Of a stretch of 64,000 nt of DNA, positions 48,326 to 58,932 are shown in pieces (the first letter of the stretch is position 1; every line of letters starts with the position of its first letter). A program made the position numbers and the translations under genes. The notes under the pieces are model-generated. The model had not been told where the DNA came from. It searched no databases and worked only from the letters and a program-made list of their open reading frames with translations. Source of the stretch: Minisyncoccia bacterium (GTDB taxonomy: Bacteria > Patescibacteriota > Minisyncoccia > Phycocordibacterales > Zambryskibacteraceae); contig JBGTNQ010000004.1 in assembly GCA_041742965.1 (NCBI GenBank), positions 716 through 64,715 on the forward strand, written 5' to 3'.

Positions 48326-48818
48326 AAATATTTGTTAGATAAGTTGAAAAACTCTTTGTTGATGTAGCCCCCCTATTCGACCAAGATACCGAGACTGTTA
48401 CTTTTTTTGTATTTGAATCCAAAGTTCCTCCGTTTAAAACAATGTCATAATTTGAATCTCTATAAACATCGCTTAAGACAACGGATCTTTCAAAAACATC
48501 ATCTACTAATACGTATGATGATGTAGCACTCCAATTTTGGTTTTCAAAAATAATAAAAAACGGTGAGTTGGAAGAATGGATTGCAATGTTATCTTGCCAA
48601 CCAGAATCTCTCAATATCCTAACAACTTCCAAACCTTCTTCTGCTAAAAAATTAGATTGTATTCTACTACTGTTCAAAAGAGACATATTTAGAATCATCG
48701 TAAAAACAGTATTTAAACTTAAAAAAACCATAAGGGCCAGGGCGGTAGCCACCAGTGCCTCGGCTAAAGAATAGCCATCATTTTTTGACTTCTTGTTAAT
48801 TTTTATTAAATATTTCAT
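48315..48818 (-). CDS. Type IV pilin-like protein (minor pilin)
   Basis: Prepilin motif DGYSLAEALVA. Confidence 0.55.
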   Translation of the reverse strand: MKYLIKINKKSKNDGYSLAEALVATALALMVFLSLNTVFTMILNMSLLNSSRIQSNFLAEEGLEVVRILRDSGWQDNIAIHSSNSPFFIIFENQNWSATSSYVLVDDVFERSVVLSDVYRDSNYDIVLNGGTLDSNTKKVTVSVSWSNRGATSTKSFSTYLTNIFEN

Positions 48819-48830
48819 ACCATCTTTAAA

Positions 48831-49307
48831 CTATTCGATCTCTGAAAGTCCGGTTTCAAAAACCCTTATTGTTTTACTTGACGAAGAATCGGAAACTAAT
48901 TCCATAACGACAGTTCCAAATTGTTGAGTCCTTCCATTTAATCTTTCAAAAACAAGTTCTAACCCTCCCCCATCGAGATTAATAGAAGATATGATCACTT
49001 GCGATGACAAATCTGTTATTAAGTTATCTGAATTTAAAGGATTATAGGAATCTCCAGCAAAAAAAGTAACCTTGTCTCCCTCAAAGTATACCCCATATTG
49101 AGAAGAATTTTTTGATGACAATGTTAGAGATCTTGCATCTTGAATTATAGAAAGAACTTTTAGAGACTCTTTGTCCAAAAGTTCTTTTTTGTTTAGATTT
49201 GAAAAAGAAGAGAAAGTAATAATGGAAAGCAGAAAAATTATTCCAATGACAACTAAAATCTCAACAAGAGTAAACCCTAACCTCGTTTTTTTAGAGAAAA
49301 TATACAT
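48831..49307 (-). CDS. Type IV pilin
   Basis: Class III signal RLGFTLVEILVVIGII. Confidence 0.7.
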   Translation of the reverse strand: MYIFSKKTRLGFTLVEILVVIGIIFLLSIITFSSFSNLNKKELLDKESLKVLSIIQDARSLTLSSKNSSQYGVYFEGDKVTFFAGDSYNPLNSDNLITDLSSQVIISSINLDGGGLELVFERLNGRTQQFGTVVMELVSDSSSSKTIRVFETGLSEIE

Positions 49308-50524
49308 TAAATACTATCTACAAGAGAGTAGGTCGGGGCAAGCATTGAAATGGCGAATAAGCCAACACCCGCCCCAATAATAATCATAAGAATTGGCTCT
49401 ATTATGGTAGAAAGATCTTTGGTTTTTTGGTCCACCTCATTCTCATAAAATGCAGCGACATTCAAAAGCATTTCCGAAACCTTGCCGGTTTCTTCACCCA
49501 CCCCCATCATCTCTCCAACAAAAATCGGATACAGATGACTATTTTCTACAAATATCGATGACATCGGCTCGCCCTTCTCAACATTGAGTCTTGCTTTTGC
49601 TAATACTTCTTTATAAAAAACATTTTGAACAACATCTTCAGTGACAGAAAGGGCCACCACAACATCGACGCCGGAAGACATGAGGGATGAGAGGGTCCGT
49701 GCGGTACGAGCAGAATTAACTTCTTTCACAATATTACCTATTACTGGAATCTTGATGGAAAACTTATTAAAAAACCTCTTCCCAGTAGAACTTTTGAAAA
49801 AAGCAAAAAAAGCCAAGGCTATAACTAATACCGAGGAAAAGAAAAGAAGAAAGCTGGTCCTCAAAAAATCACTCACAAAGATAATCACTCTCGTTGAAAG
49901 AGGTAAATCAATACCAAGCCCTTCAAAAGTTGCGGTTAGAGTTGGAACCATATAAATCATCATCAGAATACCAATAACAATCATAAGAGATATGATTACA
50001 ACAGGATAAATCATGGCACCTCTAACTTTTTTTAATATTAAGTAAGATTTTTCCATTTGCATGGATACCATCTTAAGAGAGCTGGCCAAGTTCCCAGACT
50101 CTTCTCCCGCTTTTACCATAGAAATAAAAAGTGGGGAAAAAATGTCTGATTTTTCTTCCATTGACTTACTCAAGGTATTGCCTTTACTGACAGAATCAAC
50201 GAGATAATTTAAAACTTCTTTCAATTTTTTGTTACGAGTCTGTTTTTCCATCACCTCCAAAGCTCTAGTGACCGGAAGGCCGGCCTCAATCATGGAACCA
50301 AGGTTTCTGGCAAAAACTATCTTTTCTGAAGTCTTTATTCGACCAAACATACTCCCAGTTTTCTTAAAAATCCGATTTCTTACTCCTGACTCTTCTTTTA
50401 CATATATGACAAACTGACCATCTGCTTTCATTTTTCTATAGAGAGCGAATCTGTCTGGCATTTCAATTTTCCCAGCACTAACTTCATTATTTTTTCCTAT
50501 TACTTTGTAGTTAAAAATGGGCAT
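49307..50524 (-). CDS. pilC: Type IV pilus platform protein PilC (GspF family)
   Basis: 405 aa. Two GspF-type repeats with 3 TM segments. Confidence 0.8.
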   Translation of the reverse strand: MPIFNYKVIGKNNEVSAGKIEMPDRFALYRKMKADGQFVIYVKEESGVRNRIFKKTGSMFGRIKTSEKIVFARNLGSMIEAGLPVTRALEVMEKQTRNKKLKEVLNYLVDSVSKGNTLSKSMEEKSDIFSPLFISMVKAGEESGNLASSLKMVSMQMEKSYLILKKVRGAMIYPVVIISLMIVIGILMMIYMVPTLTATFEGLGIDLPLSTRVIIFVSDFLRTSFLLFFSSVLVIALAFFAFFKSSTGKRFFNKFSIKIPVIGNIVKEVNSARTARTLSSLMSSGVDVVVALSVTEDVVQNVFYKEVLAKARLNVEKGEPMSSIFVENSHLYPIFVGEMMGVGEETGKVSEMLLNVAAFYENEVDQKTKDLSTIIEPILMIIIGAGVGLFAISMLAPTYSLVDSI

Positions 50525-52284
50525 TAAATTTCAGATGTTACGACCCTCAAGACTTCCTCTATCGTTGTTATACCTTGAACAGCTTTAAATATACCGTCCT
50601 CTGCCATTGTAAGCATTCCCTCTTTCTTGGCTTGATTCTCAAGCTCCTGAGTTGTTACACCCCTCATGACTAAATCTCTAATAGTTGGAGTAACCTTCAA
50701 AACCTCGTGAATACCGATACGACTCTTATATCCATCTTCACTATCAGCACTTGGTTTTGCTTTATACATAGGGATTTTATCCCATGTGGCATTCTTATCG
50801 ATTACTTTTTCTTCTCTTAGAAAAGACAACACCCTTTCTAAATCAATCACCTTATTAAGCTGAGCAATTTCTTCCTTAGTCAAAAAATATTTTTCCTTTG
50901 TGTCAGACAGGCGACGAATCAGCCTCTGTGCAATTATTACCGAAAGTGTGGATGTGAGGAGAAACGGCTCAACCTTCATATCAACCAATCGCGCTATGGC
51001 ACCGGCCGCTGAATTAGTGTGCAAGGTTGAAAGAACCAGGTGACCAGTCAGGGCGGCGTTCACCGCTAGTGCGGCGGTCTCTGTGTCGCGAATCTCCCCC
51101 ACCATTATGACATCGGGGTCCTGACGCACCAAAGTACGCAAACCTGTCGCAAAAGTGAAGCCAATTTCAGACTTCACCTGTGTCTGATTCACTCTCTTCA
51201 TCTGATATTCTATTGGATCTTCAATAGTAGAGATATTTACATCTGGTGTATTTAAAATATCAAGCATTGTATATAGAGTGGTCGTCTTTCCTGAGCCAGT
51301 CGGACCTGTAGTCAAAATCATACCGGTAGAGAGACGCGCTGCTTTGTGAAGTGTCTCCAAGCCCTCACCGTGAAAACCTAGACCTTCAAGAGTAAACCCA
51401 GAAACCCCTTCTCTCAAAAGACGCATAACCGTTTTTTCTCCATAATAAACTGGCAGAGTAGACACACGGAAAGAAACCTTCTCTTGATTCATTTCAATTT
51501 TGAAACGACCATCTTGAGGAATTCTTTTTTCATCCAGCTTCAGATTTGAAAGCACCTTAATACGAGCAGTGATGCCACTAGCAACATTTTTAGGTAGTAC
51601 CATGGCGTCATGAAGTATGCCGTCAATACGATACCTGACCACCACCTGTGTCTCCATTGGTTCTATGTGTATGTCAGAGGCATCTTGAATTATGGCGTGC
51701 TTCAAAAGCGTGTCTACGATACGAACAACTGGCACATCTTCGGCTAATTTTTTCAAATCATCCTCGCTTACTTCGTCCCCTCCCATTTTGTCAGCCACAG
51801 CCTTCAGTGCAGAAGCCTCTTTTTGAATAATATCCCCGAATTCTGCCTTCAGACTCTTTTGATAATTCAAAAGAGCACTCTTCATTGACTCTCCATCAGT
51901 TAGACGGGGAAGTATTTTAAGTCCCGTCTTTTTTCTTACAAAATCAATAGCAGCCAAATCCTCGGTATCAAGCATTGCTACTTCAAGACTCTCATTTACT
52001 TTCCTGAAAGCCACAATATTGTGGTTGCGAGCGATTGGCTCCGGAATCATAGAGAGTATCTCAAAATCCATGTGTTGACCCTTGAGGTCAACAAAAGGAA
52101 TACCCAGAATATATGCTTGCATACGACGGAGGTCGTCTTCGGTAATGCTTCCCTTGTTTACCAAGATTTTACCAACGCTTATTCCAGACTCTTTTGATTC
52201 TTTCTCAGCCTTGGTAATATCAGCCCGGGACACGAGTCCGGAGTCAAGAATAAATTCTTTTAGCTGTGTTTCTTCTATGTGCAT
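50524..52284 (-). CDS. pilB: Type IV pilus assembly ATPase PilB (GspE family)
   Basis: N-terminal GSPII_E_N domain. Walker A GPTGSGKTTTLY. Asp and His boxes. Confidence 0.85.
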   Translation of the reverse strand: MHIEETQLKEFILDSGLVSRADITKAEKESKESGISVGKILVNKGSITEDDLRRMQAYILGIPFVDLKGQHMDFEILSMIPEPIARNHNIVAFRKVNESLEVAMLDTEDLAAIDFVRKKTGLKILPRLTDGESMKSALLNYQKSLKAEFGDIIQKEASALKAVADKMGGDEVSEDDLKKLAEDVPVVRIVDTLLKHAIIQDASDIHIEPMETQVVVRYRIDGILHDAMVLPKNVASGITARIKVLSNLKLDEKRIPQDGRFKIEMNQEKVSFRVSTLPVYYGEKTVMRLLREGVSGFTLEGLGFHGEGLETLHKAARLSTGMILTTGPTGSGKTTTLYTMLDILNTPDVNISTIEDPIEYQMKRVNQTQVKSEIGFTFATGLRTLVRQDPDVIMVGEIRDTETAALAVNAALTGHLVLSTLHTNSAAGAIARLVDMKVEPFLLTSTLSVIIAQRLIRRLSDTKEKYFLTKEEIAQLNKVIDLERVLSFLREEKVIDKNATWDKIPMYKAKPSADSEDGYKSRIGIHEVLKVTPTIRDLVMRGVTTQELENQAKKEGMLTMAEDGIFKAVQGITTIEEVLRVVTSEI

Positions 52285-52369
52285 TATATTAAACCAACAA
52301 GTGACAACTAACGGCAGTATTGTTTTTACTCTCTAATTGTAGCAAATTAAATAAATCCGTTGTGCACAA

Positions 52370-52412
52370 AACAACCCCGTCCTTCGACAAAGCTCAGGGC
52401 GGGGTTGTTTTA
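52370..52412 (-). terminator. Intrinsic terminator after the adhesin gene
   Basis: caaccccg-22 nt-cggggttg, with T-run. Confidence 0.45.
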
Positions 52413-52428
52413 ATTTCACAATTATCTT

Positions 52429-55400
52429 TTAAAACTCTTCGAATATTGGATCGAGTGCAATAATAATTGTACCCTGAGCGAAAGCTGTTCCTTCATTACA
52501 GCTAACATCAACCCTTATTGTTTTTGAACCGGTAGTAGAGTATGCCATGTTGAAAGTGCTACCGGTTGGAGCTGGAGAAGTTGGAACTTCTGTTCCAGAC
52601 CAAGTATAAGTACAATTTGTGCCACCCACTACGGTTGCAGACCAAGGAACATTCTGACCCACGCCAGCCTTTGATGGACCATTTATTGTAATAGTAGGGG
52701 CCGCTGGATTAGAAACAATCAAATTAAAGAACGTTGTCTTATCTAGGGTACCAGGAGATGTTCCAGTAACTGTGATCGGATGAGTCCCAGGAGGAGCCGT
52801 AGATTGAACAGTGAAAGTGGCGGTACTAGGACAGGTTGGATTTGGACTACATGATGTTGGAGCAAAAGAGACACTTACCCCAGAAGGTAGTCCTGACGCG
52901 GACAAACTAACTGCTTGTGTCGTCCCTTGAATATAGTTTCTTGTAATGGTGTTTGAACCATTAACTGCAGACGAGCTCTTTGTAACAGAAATATTTCCTG
53001 AATTTGAAAGACTGTAATCAAAAGCTGGACCAGAAACAGTCACTGTCGCACTAGCGGGCGTAGTTCCACCAGGACCAGTACAAGTCAGGGTGTATGTGGT
53101 GTTGCTTGTTGGAGAAACATTTTCTGAACCACCAGTGGTAAGTTTACTTCCACTCCAACCGCCGGAAGCAGTACACGATGTAGCATTAGTTGATGTCCAA
53201 GTTAAAGTTGAACTCTGCCCACTTGTGATAGTGGTTGGAGAAGCGGATAGGGAAACACTAGGTGCCGTTATTGCCAATGGAAACAACTGAGTTTGAGGAA
53301 TAATCTGTTTGGCAGTTGAAGGGCTCGCCCATGAAAGCTGAGCTGTTGCTCCTCCAGTATTTTCATAGTACTCCATTACAATATTGTATTTCGTACCACC
53401 AGTAAGAGTGACAGGCGCTGAAGATACTTCTGTGGGGGCCTGGTCAACCCACCGACTTATTATCTGACTGCCGTTTACCCACAACCGAGTGCCGTCATCA
53501 GTTCGAGTATAGAAGGTATAGCTTTCAGAACACCTTGCCTCTATCTGACCTTCCCAACGCACAGAGAAAGTATCGGGACCACCAGCGCGATTTGTACCAA
53601 GAAAATCTGCTGGATCAAAGTTTATAGTTGAATCAACATATTGACCCATAAGAGTATTGAATGATATTCCATCATAATATGTACCTCTAAGACCGGTTCC
53701 TGCGCCAGCAGAAACACAAGTAGAAGCTGTATAATTAACTGTAAACTGTTTCGTCTGACCACCAGCAATATTTAATGAATTACCGCCATCACTACTGGTT
53801 ATAGAAGAAACTACATATGAAGCGGGGGATGAATTTGAAGTCAGAGAATATGTTCCAGCGGGAACAGTATTTGAAGTACCAGTATAACCTCCTGGATTAA
53901 TCACCCAAGAACCACCGGAGGCACCATTTTCTACTACATTTATCACCCCAGTTGCTGGTCCAATATTAACCCTGAAGGTATCAACTGCGGTCGTTGTGCC
54001 GTCATTACAGCTTATTCCAAAGTCTGTCGGATTAACGCTAAGTGGCCCTAGCCCCGGTGCTGTATTCAATGTTCCACTACTTCCATAACTTCCAACCCAC
54101 CAACCGCCAGTAGCCGTACATATAGTACCAGCAAGATTTGGCCCAGTACTTGACCACTGTAGATTCACATAGCTTCCGGAAGGAAGTGTTATGGATTGAA
54201 CATAGCTTCCAGTACCATGCTGTCTTCCTGTAAGATCTACAGTCAATGAAGCGCACGCCGAGGAAGATGTCGTCCAAGAAGTATTGGAAGATAAAAGAGA
54301 ACTTCCAGCAGCATTGAATGCCCTGACATTATAGTAATGAGAAGTACCTGGAGTTACAGTGTCTGTATATGATGTGCCAGAACCTGAATATATAGGAGTA
54401 CCTCCGCCGTCTCTGTAAATACTATAGCTCGTAGCTCCTGCTACTGAAGACCAAGTAATATCGATTCGACCACCGCAAGTTGAAGAAGTGGACGCGTTTA
54501 TTGTCGGAGCATTAGGTACTCTCTGTGCAAAAACCGTATCACTTACTGTTCCTCCGCCAGAAAGATTACATGTTATTGGGTAAGTTGTTCCAGAAACGGA
54601 AGGATATTGGGGATGAGAACTTGCAAGAGGGCCGGCAGAACCATTCACTCCAACTCCAGAATTTACAGGGGCACCAATTGAACAAGAGGTTGTGTTTGAA
54701 GATGACCAGTTGTACCAGAAGTTTTGCAGGATTCCAGACACATACCCCAAATAAACAGGTCCGTCAGAGAAAGTGCTTCCATTATTACTTGCCTTTATGT
54801 CAACAGAACCTCCGACAGGACATGCGCTAGGAGCAGTGGCGGGAACAGAACTCGAATAAACAGATGAACCGTATGCATTTGAAGCCAAAACTGTATAACT
54901 GTGACTTGAATTGGCTACTAAACCGGTGTGAGAAAACGAGGTAGATGGACCTGTGTATATGTCTGTTGAACCGTCACGAAGGGTATAACTCGTAGCACCA
55001 GGAGAAGCATCCCAAGACACATTTATAGTTCCTGTTCCACAAGAACCACTTGGTATTGCTGTAAGCCCCGTTGGGGTGGCTGGTACAACATTTACAGTAA
55101 CACTGTCGCTAGGGCCATTGCCACCACTGTTACTACAATAAATACTAAAAGTAGTGGATACAGTTAGAGGTCCCGTGGACTGACTGTTTGATGAAGCAAA
55201 GCCCTTCCCTCCTGTCCAGTTTGAATTGCCCTGATTATTAGAAGCGGTGCAAGATGTTGGCGAATTACTAGTGGTCCAAGTTAAATTAGCGGAAGTATTA
55301 TATGTAATAGATATTGGGCCATCAGAGCTATTGGCTTTTATGTCTACATTTGGTAGCCCAACAGCATCACAGGTATAATTAATAGTAAATTGCTTTGTCT

Positions 55401-56064
55401 GACCATAAGAAACATTTAAAGAATTGCCACCGTCTGTGCTAGAAACAGAGTATCCAGTAGCGCCTCTAGGTGTAGTATTAACAGTCAAATTATATGTACC
55501 CGGTGATACCGTATTGCTTGATCCTGTATAACCACCCGGATTAACTGTCCATGTGCCACCACTAACACAGCCGGCCGTTGAAACAATTATTGTTGCTGGA
55601 GAACAATTCACGTCAACATATGTGAAATCCTCGGCTGTTTCTGCGTAACCAGGGGCTGGCCCACTACCATAATACTGTAATGTATATCCGTGAGGATATC
55701 CGGGAAGACTATCTGGAACACCTGAGTCGACATAGCTATTACTAACTCCTTGGAAAAACCCCAGGTCAACATAGTAACCCTGCCATCTATATAATTTAAA
55801 CCAAGCAGTATCACCATCGGTAATCAATGCGGGATTAAAATTCGGCGAAATACGAAAAGAGTTACAGCTGAGTGGAGTTACCACCGTCTCACCTCCAGCA
55901 AGAGCTATATTTATTGGAAATGCTCCGGTAAGTGAGAGTAATAAAGAAAAAATTATAGATAAAAAAACAATCTGTCGCCTCCAAAGAAGGGTGCGCATTT
56001 CTGTAGGAAAAAAAACGATTCTTGAAATTTTTTTTAACATAATAGTATTTAGAAGTCGTTTCAC
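52429..56064 (-). CDS. Giant secreted surface protein with FN3-like repeats and a PA14 domain (putative adhesin)
   Basis: 1211 aa. Signal/TM. FN3-like repeats: PATPTGLTA...SYTLRDG. PA14-like block: GLRGTYYDGISFNTLMGQYVDSTINFD...ESYTFYTRTDDGTRLWVNG...YNIVMEYYENTGGATAQLSW. Confidence 0.6.
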   Translation of the reverse strand: MKRLLNTIMLKKISRIVFFPTEMRTLLWRRQIVFLSIIFSLLLSLTGAFPINIALAGGETVVTPLSCNSFRISPNFNPALITDGDTAWFKLYRWQGYYVDLGFFQGVSNSYVDSGVPDSLPGYPHGYTLQYYGSGPAPGYAETAEDFTYVDVNCSPATIIVSTAGCVSGGTWTVNPGGYTGSSNTVSPGTYNLTVNTTPRGATGYSVSSTDGGNSLNVSYGQTKQFTINYTCDAVGLPNVDIKANSSDGPISITYNTSANLTWTTSNSPTSCTASNNQGNSNWTGGKGFASSNSQSTGPLTVSTTFSIYCSNSGGNGPSDSVTVNVVPATPTGLTAIPSGSCGTGTINVSWDASPGATSYTLRDGSTDIYTGPSTSFSHTGLVANSSHSYTVLASNAYGSSVYSSSVPATAPSACPVGGSVDIKASNNGSTFSDGPVYLGYVSGILQNFWYNWSSSNTTSCSIGAPVNSGVGVNGSAGPLASSHPQYPSVSGTTYPITCNLSGGGTVSDTVFAQRVPNAPTINASTSSTCGGRIDITWSSVAGATSYSIYRDGGGTPIYSGSGTSYTDTVTPGTSHYYNVRAFNAAGSSLLSSNTSWTTSSSACASLTVDLTGRQHGTGSYVQSITLPSGSYVNLQWSSTGPNLAGTICTATGGWWVGSYGSSGTLNTAPGLGPLSVNPTDFGISCNDGTTTAVDTFRVNIGPATGVINVVENGASGGSWVINPGGYTGTSNTVPAGTYSLTSNSSPASYVVSSITSSDGGNSLNIAGGQTKQFTVNYTASTCVSAGAGTGLRGTYYDGISFNTLMGQYVDSTINFDPADFLGTNRAGGPDTFSVRWEGQIEARCSESYTFYTRTDDGTRLWVNGSQIISRWVDQAPTEVSSAPVTLTGGTKYNIVMEYYENTGGATAQLSWASPSTAKQIIPQTQLFPLAITAPSVSLSASPTTITSGQSSTLTWTSTNATSCTASGGWSGSKLTTGGSENVSPTSNTTYTLTCTGPGGTTPASATVTVSGPAFDYSLSNSGNISVTKSSSAVNGSNTITRNYIQGTTQAVSLSASGLPSGVSVSFAPTSCSPNPTCPSTATFTVQSTAPPGTHPITVTGTSPGTLDKTTFFNLIVSNPAAPTITINGPSKAGVGQNVPWSATVVGGTNCTYTWSGTEVPTSPAPTGSTFNMAYSTTGSKTIRVDVSCNEGTAFAQGTIIIALDPIFEEF

Positions 56065-56090
56065 TTTTAAAAGGAGTTTAATATTTTAAT

Positions 56091-56642
56091 TTAGTTATTT
56101 TCTGTATAACTTATTTGCACCACCGTCTCGCCATTTAGAGAAGAAGCAACAACTAGAAGTGAATCGCCATTTTTTGTTCCGTTAAGGGCGTGATTTCCCT
56201 CATCTCTTCCATTTTCAGCAAATTCAAAACCTGCTCTAGTCATATAATCCAGATATTGATTATATTTTTCTAAAGCAGTGCTTGTTGTGGTGTAATTGAC
56301 AGTATGGACAGTTATTGGGACTGGTCTGTCGGTATAGACTTTTGTATCGCTGACTGTAATGGTCTCCAGCTCAACAGGAATATCTCTAGGGAAACCTTCT
56401 GGTAGTTTTTCTGCGTCTGTTTGAGCATTATTTATATCAACTGCATTAAGAAAAACGCTTTCTTCTGTAACATCACTCCCTTGCCCATCTAGATTATTGC
56501 CAGAGCGTCTGTCCTTACCAACAATGGAAAATAAGACAAAGATAAGTAGAAGGGCAACGAAAGCTACGATTATTGAAACAATACTCTTATCAAATTTGCC
56601 TGAATTAGTTCCATTTTTTGACATTTGTTCTTGTGGTGGCAT
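56091..56642 (-). CDS. Hypothetical membrane-anchored protein
   Basis: 183 aa. Single TM. No family recognised. Confidence 0.4.
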   Translation of the reverse strand: MPPQEQMSKNGTNSGKFDKSIVSIIVAFVALLLIFVLFSIVGKDRRSGNNLDGQGSDVTEESVFLNAVDINNAQTDAEKLPEGFPRDIPVELETITVSDTKVYTDRPVPITVHTVNYTTTSTALEKYNQYLDYMTRAGFEFAENGRDEGNHALNGTKNGDSLLVVASSLNGETVVQISYTENN

Positions 56643-56977
56643 ATTAAAAAATATTAAATTACTAAAATAAAAGAGAATTGTTGATATTCTATCATAAAAT
56701 TGCCCTGCTTAATGAATTAAGTTATACACATAAGGGTTGCACAGAAATCCCAATTAGATAATCAAAAAGATTCAAAACGCAAGATTATAGCCCTGAAAAA
56801 TGTCAGTAATATCTTCCGAGATTAAAAAATCTATTATACCTGAAGTCAATATATTGACTCGTATGCGATAACGCTTGACTATGTAGACAGAGCTAACGAG
56901 GTTACTTTGTTTAGCGCACCTTGACACACCACATATTCCTCTAGGTCTAAAGCCAGAGGATTAACAGAGGAGGTATT

Positions 56978-58384
56978 ATGGAACGCATTGGATTTAACCG
57001 CCTTGGACAAATTTTGTCCATTCGGGTGGTCGTGGTCGCATTGGTATTCGCAACATTGGTTTCCTGCAAGAGTACTGGCTTCGTCGACCCACCCCCAGAA
57101 GAGACCTTGACCGTCTCCATCGTCTCACCGTCATCCTCAAATATCCAACAAAATGGATGGCCAGATAGCCAAGTAGAGTTGCAGGCTGAAGCCAGAAGTT
57201 CTGTTGGCGGTAGAATAACCAGCCCTTCCCTCATCACATGGAAAAAGGCTGGGGCAGTGATCGGTAGTGGTCAGCTGGTCTCTGTATCATTTGAAAACGG
57301 AAACCATGAGGTCTGCGTTGTTGTGAAAAGCGCGATCAACCAAGGTTCTGAAAAAGAGGTCTGCTTGTCATTTGTCGTCACCCCAGCCCCACCGATCACA
57401 GTTGAGCTCGTAACATCAGCGAAGCTTGGCGTCATAAACTGCCAGAACTTCAGGGCCTATGCCCAGAGGGGCTCTGTTGCCGATTCGGCTGACTTCAATG
57501 TCAACTGTCGGGCAGAAGTGTCTCCAAGACTTACCCTTCTCCAAGACACCAACAGGGTCAATGTCTGGTTTGATGCCAAGAACACATCTAACCGTAGCCA
57601 CTACCCTAGTATGGCGTCTGTGGCGAAGGACTCTCTCAAGGTCAACCAAAAGTTTGTAGCCGGACCATTGGAGTACAGAATACACTCCGGTAAATGGTCC
57701 GACCAGACGATTGGTATTGACTTGGAGACAGCCTTCGCCATAAGTGCTGACGGTATTTTCTCTTTTTACCGCAGTTCAACAGTAGGAAGTAACTCAGTCT
57801 ACTACAGCATTGGTGGACGGCTTCCAAATGGGTTTCCCATCCAAATCACAGTGCGCAAAGAGTCTGGGCAAGGAGCATTAACCCCAACTGACACTGTCGG
57901 TTTTGGAAATGCAGTAACTGAGCTGTCAGAAGAACTCGGAATGCCTATGACGATGGTTTCACTTTCGGCCTCAGAAGTAAGTGGCTGGAATGGAATCTTG
58001 GCAATAGTCTCAGACACCATACCAATACCAGTAGGTAATACACAATGGGGCGCGAGCGGTGACATAATTGGGGGACGAATTATCGTCTCGCCAAACACAA
58101 TTCCGCACGCCTTCAAACATACAGTTAAACACGAGCTTGTACACGCCCTTGGTGTCGGCCATGTGTCACTATGGCCACCCGGTCTCATGAGTACAGACCA
58201 GAGTAGTATCAATGTGGGTAGCCCCAACTATGCGGTCCCTCAACCGCTAGAAACAGGCCACCTTTGGTTCATGTACGATATCTGGGAAGCCAAGAGGCAG
58301 TCTGGTGCACAATATGGCATTCCGAATATGCATCAGGCTTGGCGTGTGCTCGTTCTCAACCTCCCGTATCAGCACATCCGCTGA
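56978..58384 (+). CDS. Lipoprotein with C-terminal metzincin-type zinc metalloprotease motif, GC-rich island G
   Basis: Lipobox LVSC. HELVHALGVGH (HExxHxxGxxH) with a Met (GLMS) 10 residues downstream of the third His. SD AGGAGG 5 nt before ATG. GC about 52%. Confidence 0.55.
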   Translation: MERIGFNRLGQILSIRVVVVALVFATLVSCKSTGFVDPPPEETLTVSIVSPSSSNIQQNGWPDSQVELQAEARSSVGGRITSPSLITWKKAGAVIGSGQLVSVSFENGNHEVCVVVKSAINQGSEKEVCLSFVVTPAPPITVELVTSAKLGVINCQNFRAYAQRGSVADSADFNVNCRAEVSPRLTLLQDTNRVNVWFDAKNTSNRSHYPSMASVAKDSLKVNQKFVAGPLEYRIHSGKWSDQTIGIDLETAFAISADGIFSFYRSSTVGSNSVYYSIGGRLPNGFPIQITVRKESGQGALTPTDTVGFGNAVTELSEELGMPMTMVSLSASEVSGWNGILAIVSDTIPIPVGNTQWGASGDIIGGRIIVSPNTIPHAFKHTVKHELVHALGVGHVSLWPPGLMSTDQSSINVGSPNYAVPQPLETGHLWFMYDIWEAKRQSGAQYGIPNMHQAWRVLVLNLPYQHIR

Positions 58385-58410
58385 TCTTTAAATATTGTGG
58401 TGTTCACGAT

Positions 58411-58460
58411 TTGGCCCCTGTGGCCAAACAACCCAGCGACATGTCGTTGGGTTGTTTTAC
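58411..58460 (+). terminator. Tandem hairpin terminator
   Basis: ttggcc-cctgt-ggccaa, then a near-perfect 30-nt palindrome aacaacccagcgacatgtcgttgggttgtt, then TT. Confidence 0.5.
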
Positions 58461-58649
58461 CCCCAAAAAATTGATGTGTTTTACCAAGTCCCCCACTTAG
58501 TGTTATTTAATTTAAGATATACTGGCCATTAACCTCTGCCTGAAAATAACTATAAAAGTGAATTGACAACAACTCTGTTTTCTTCTATACTATAACCACA
58601 TCCAGGGCACTTCCGCCTTAGAGATGAAGATTGATCTTTTGAAAGGAAG

Positions 58650-58868
58650 GTGATTTGTATGGACAACCGCAACCCTCATCACGCTGAAGGTTTCCGCACG
58701 TCAACAGTGACCAGGTACTTGCCAATCAAGACCTGCGTTGCGGTACGTATCGGAGAAACCGTCGATGTCAGGGACTCGAAACATGGTGACAGTCCAACCC
58801 TATCATTCACCCCTGCTGAATGGGATGCTTTCGTCCAGGGGGTCAAGAAGGGTGAGTTTGACATCTAG
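58650..58868 (+). CDS. DUF397 (BldB-like) family small protein, GC-rich island G
   Basis: VRDSKHGDSPTLSFTPAEWDAFVQGVKKGEFD matches the DUF397 C-terminal signature. SD AAGGAAGG before ATG. Confidence 0.6.
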   Translation: MICMDNRNPHHAEGFRTSTVTRYLPIKTCVAVRIGETVDVRDSKHGDSPTLSFTPAEWDAFVQGVKKGEFDI

Positions 58869-58897
58869 GGATGCATCACCTGTGACGATTCACTCAA

Positions 58898-58932
58898 GTG
58901 GTAGACAGAGGACCCTCCTGTCTACCACTTTT
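58898..58932 (+). terminator. Rho-independent terminator
   Basis: gtggtagacag-aggaccctc-ctgtctaccac then TTTTG. Confidence 0.55.
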
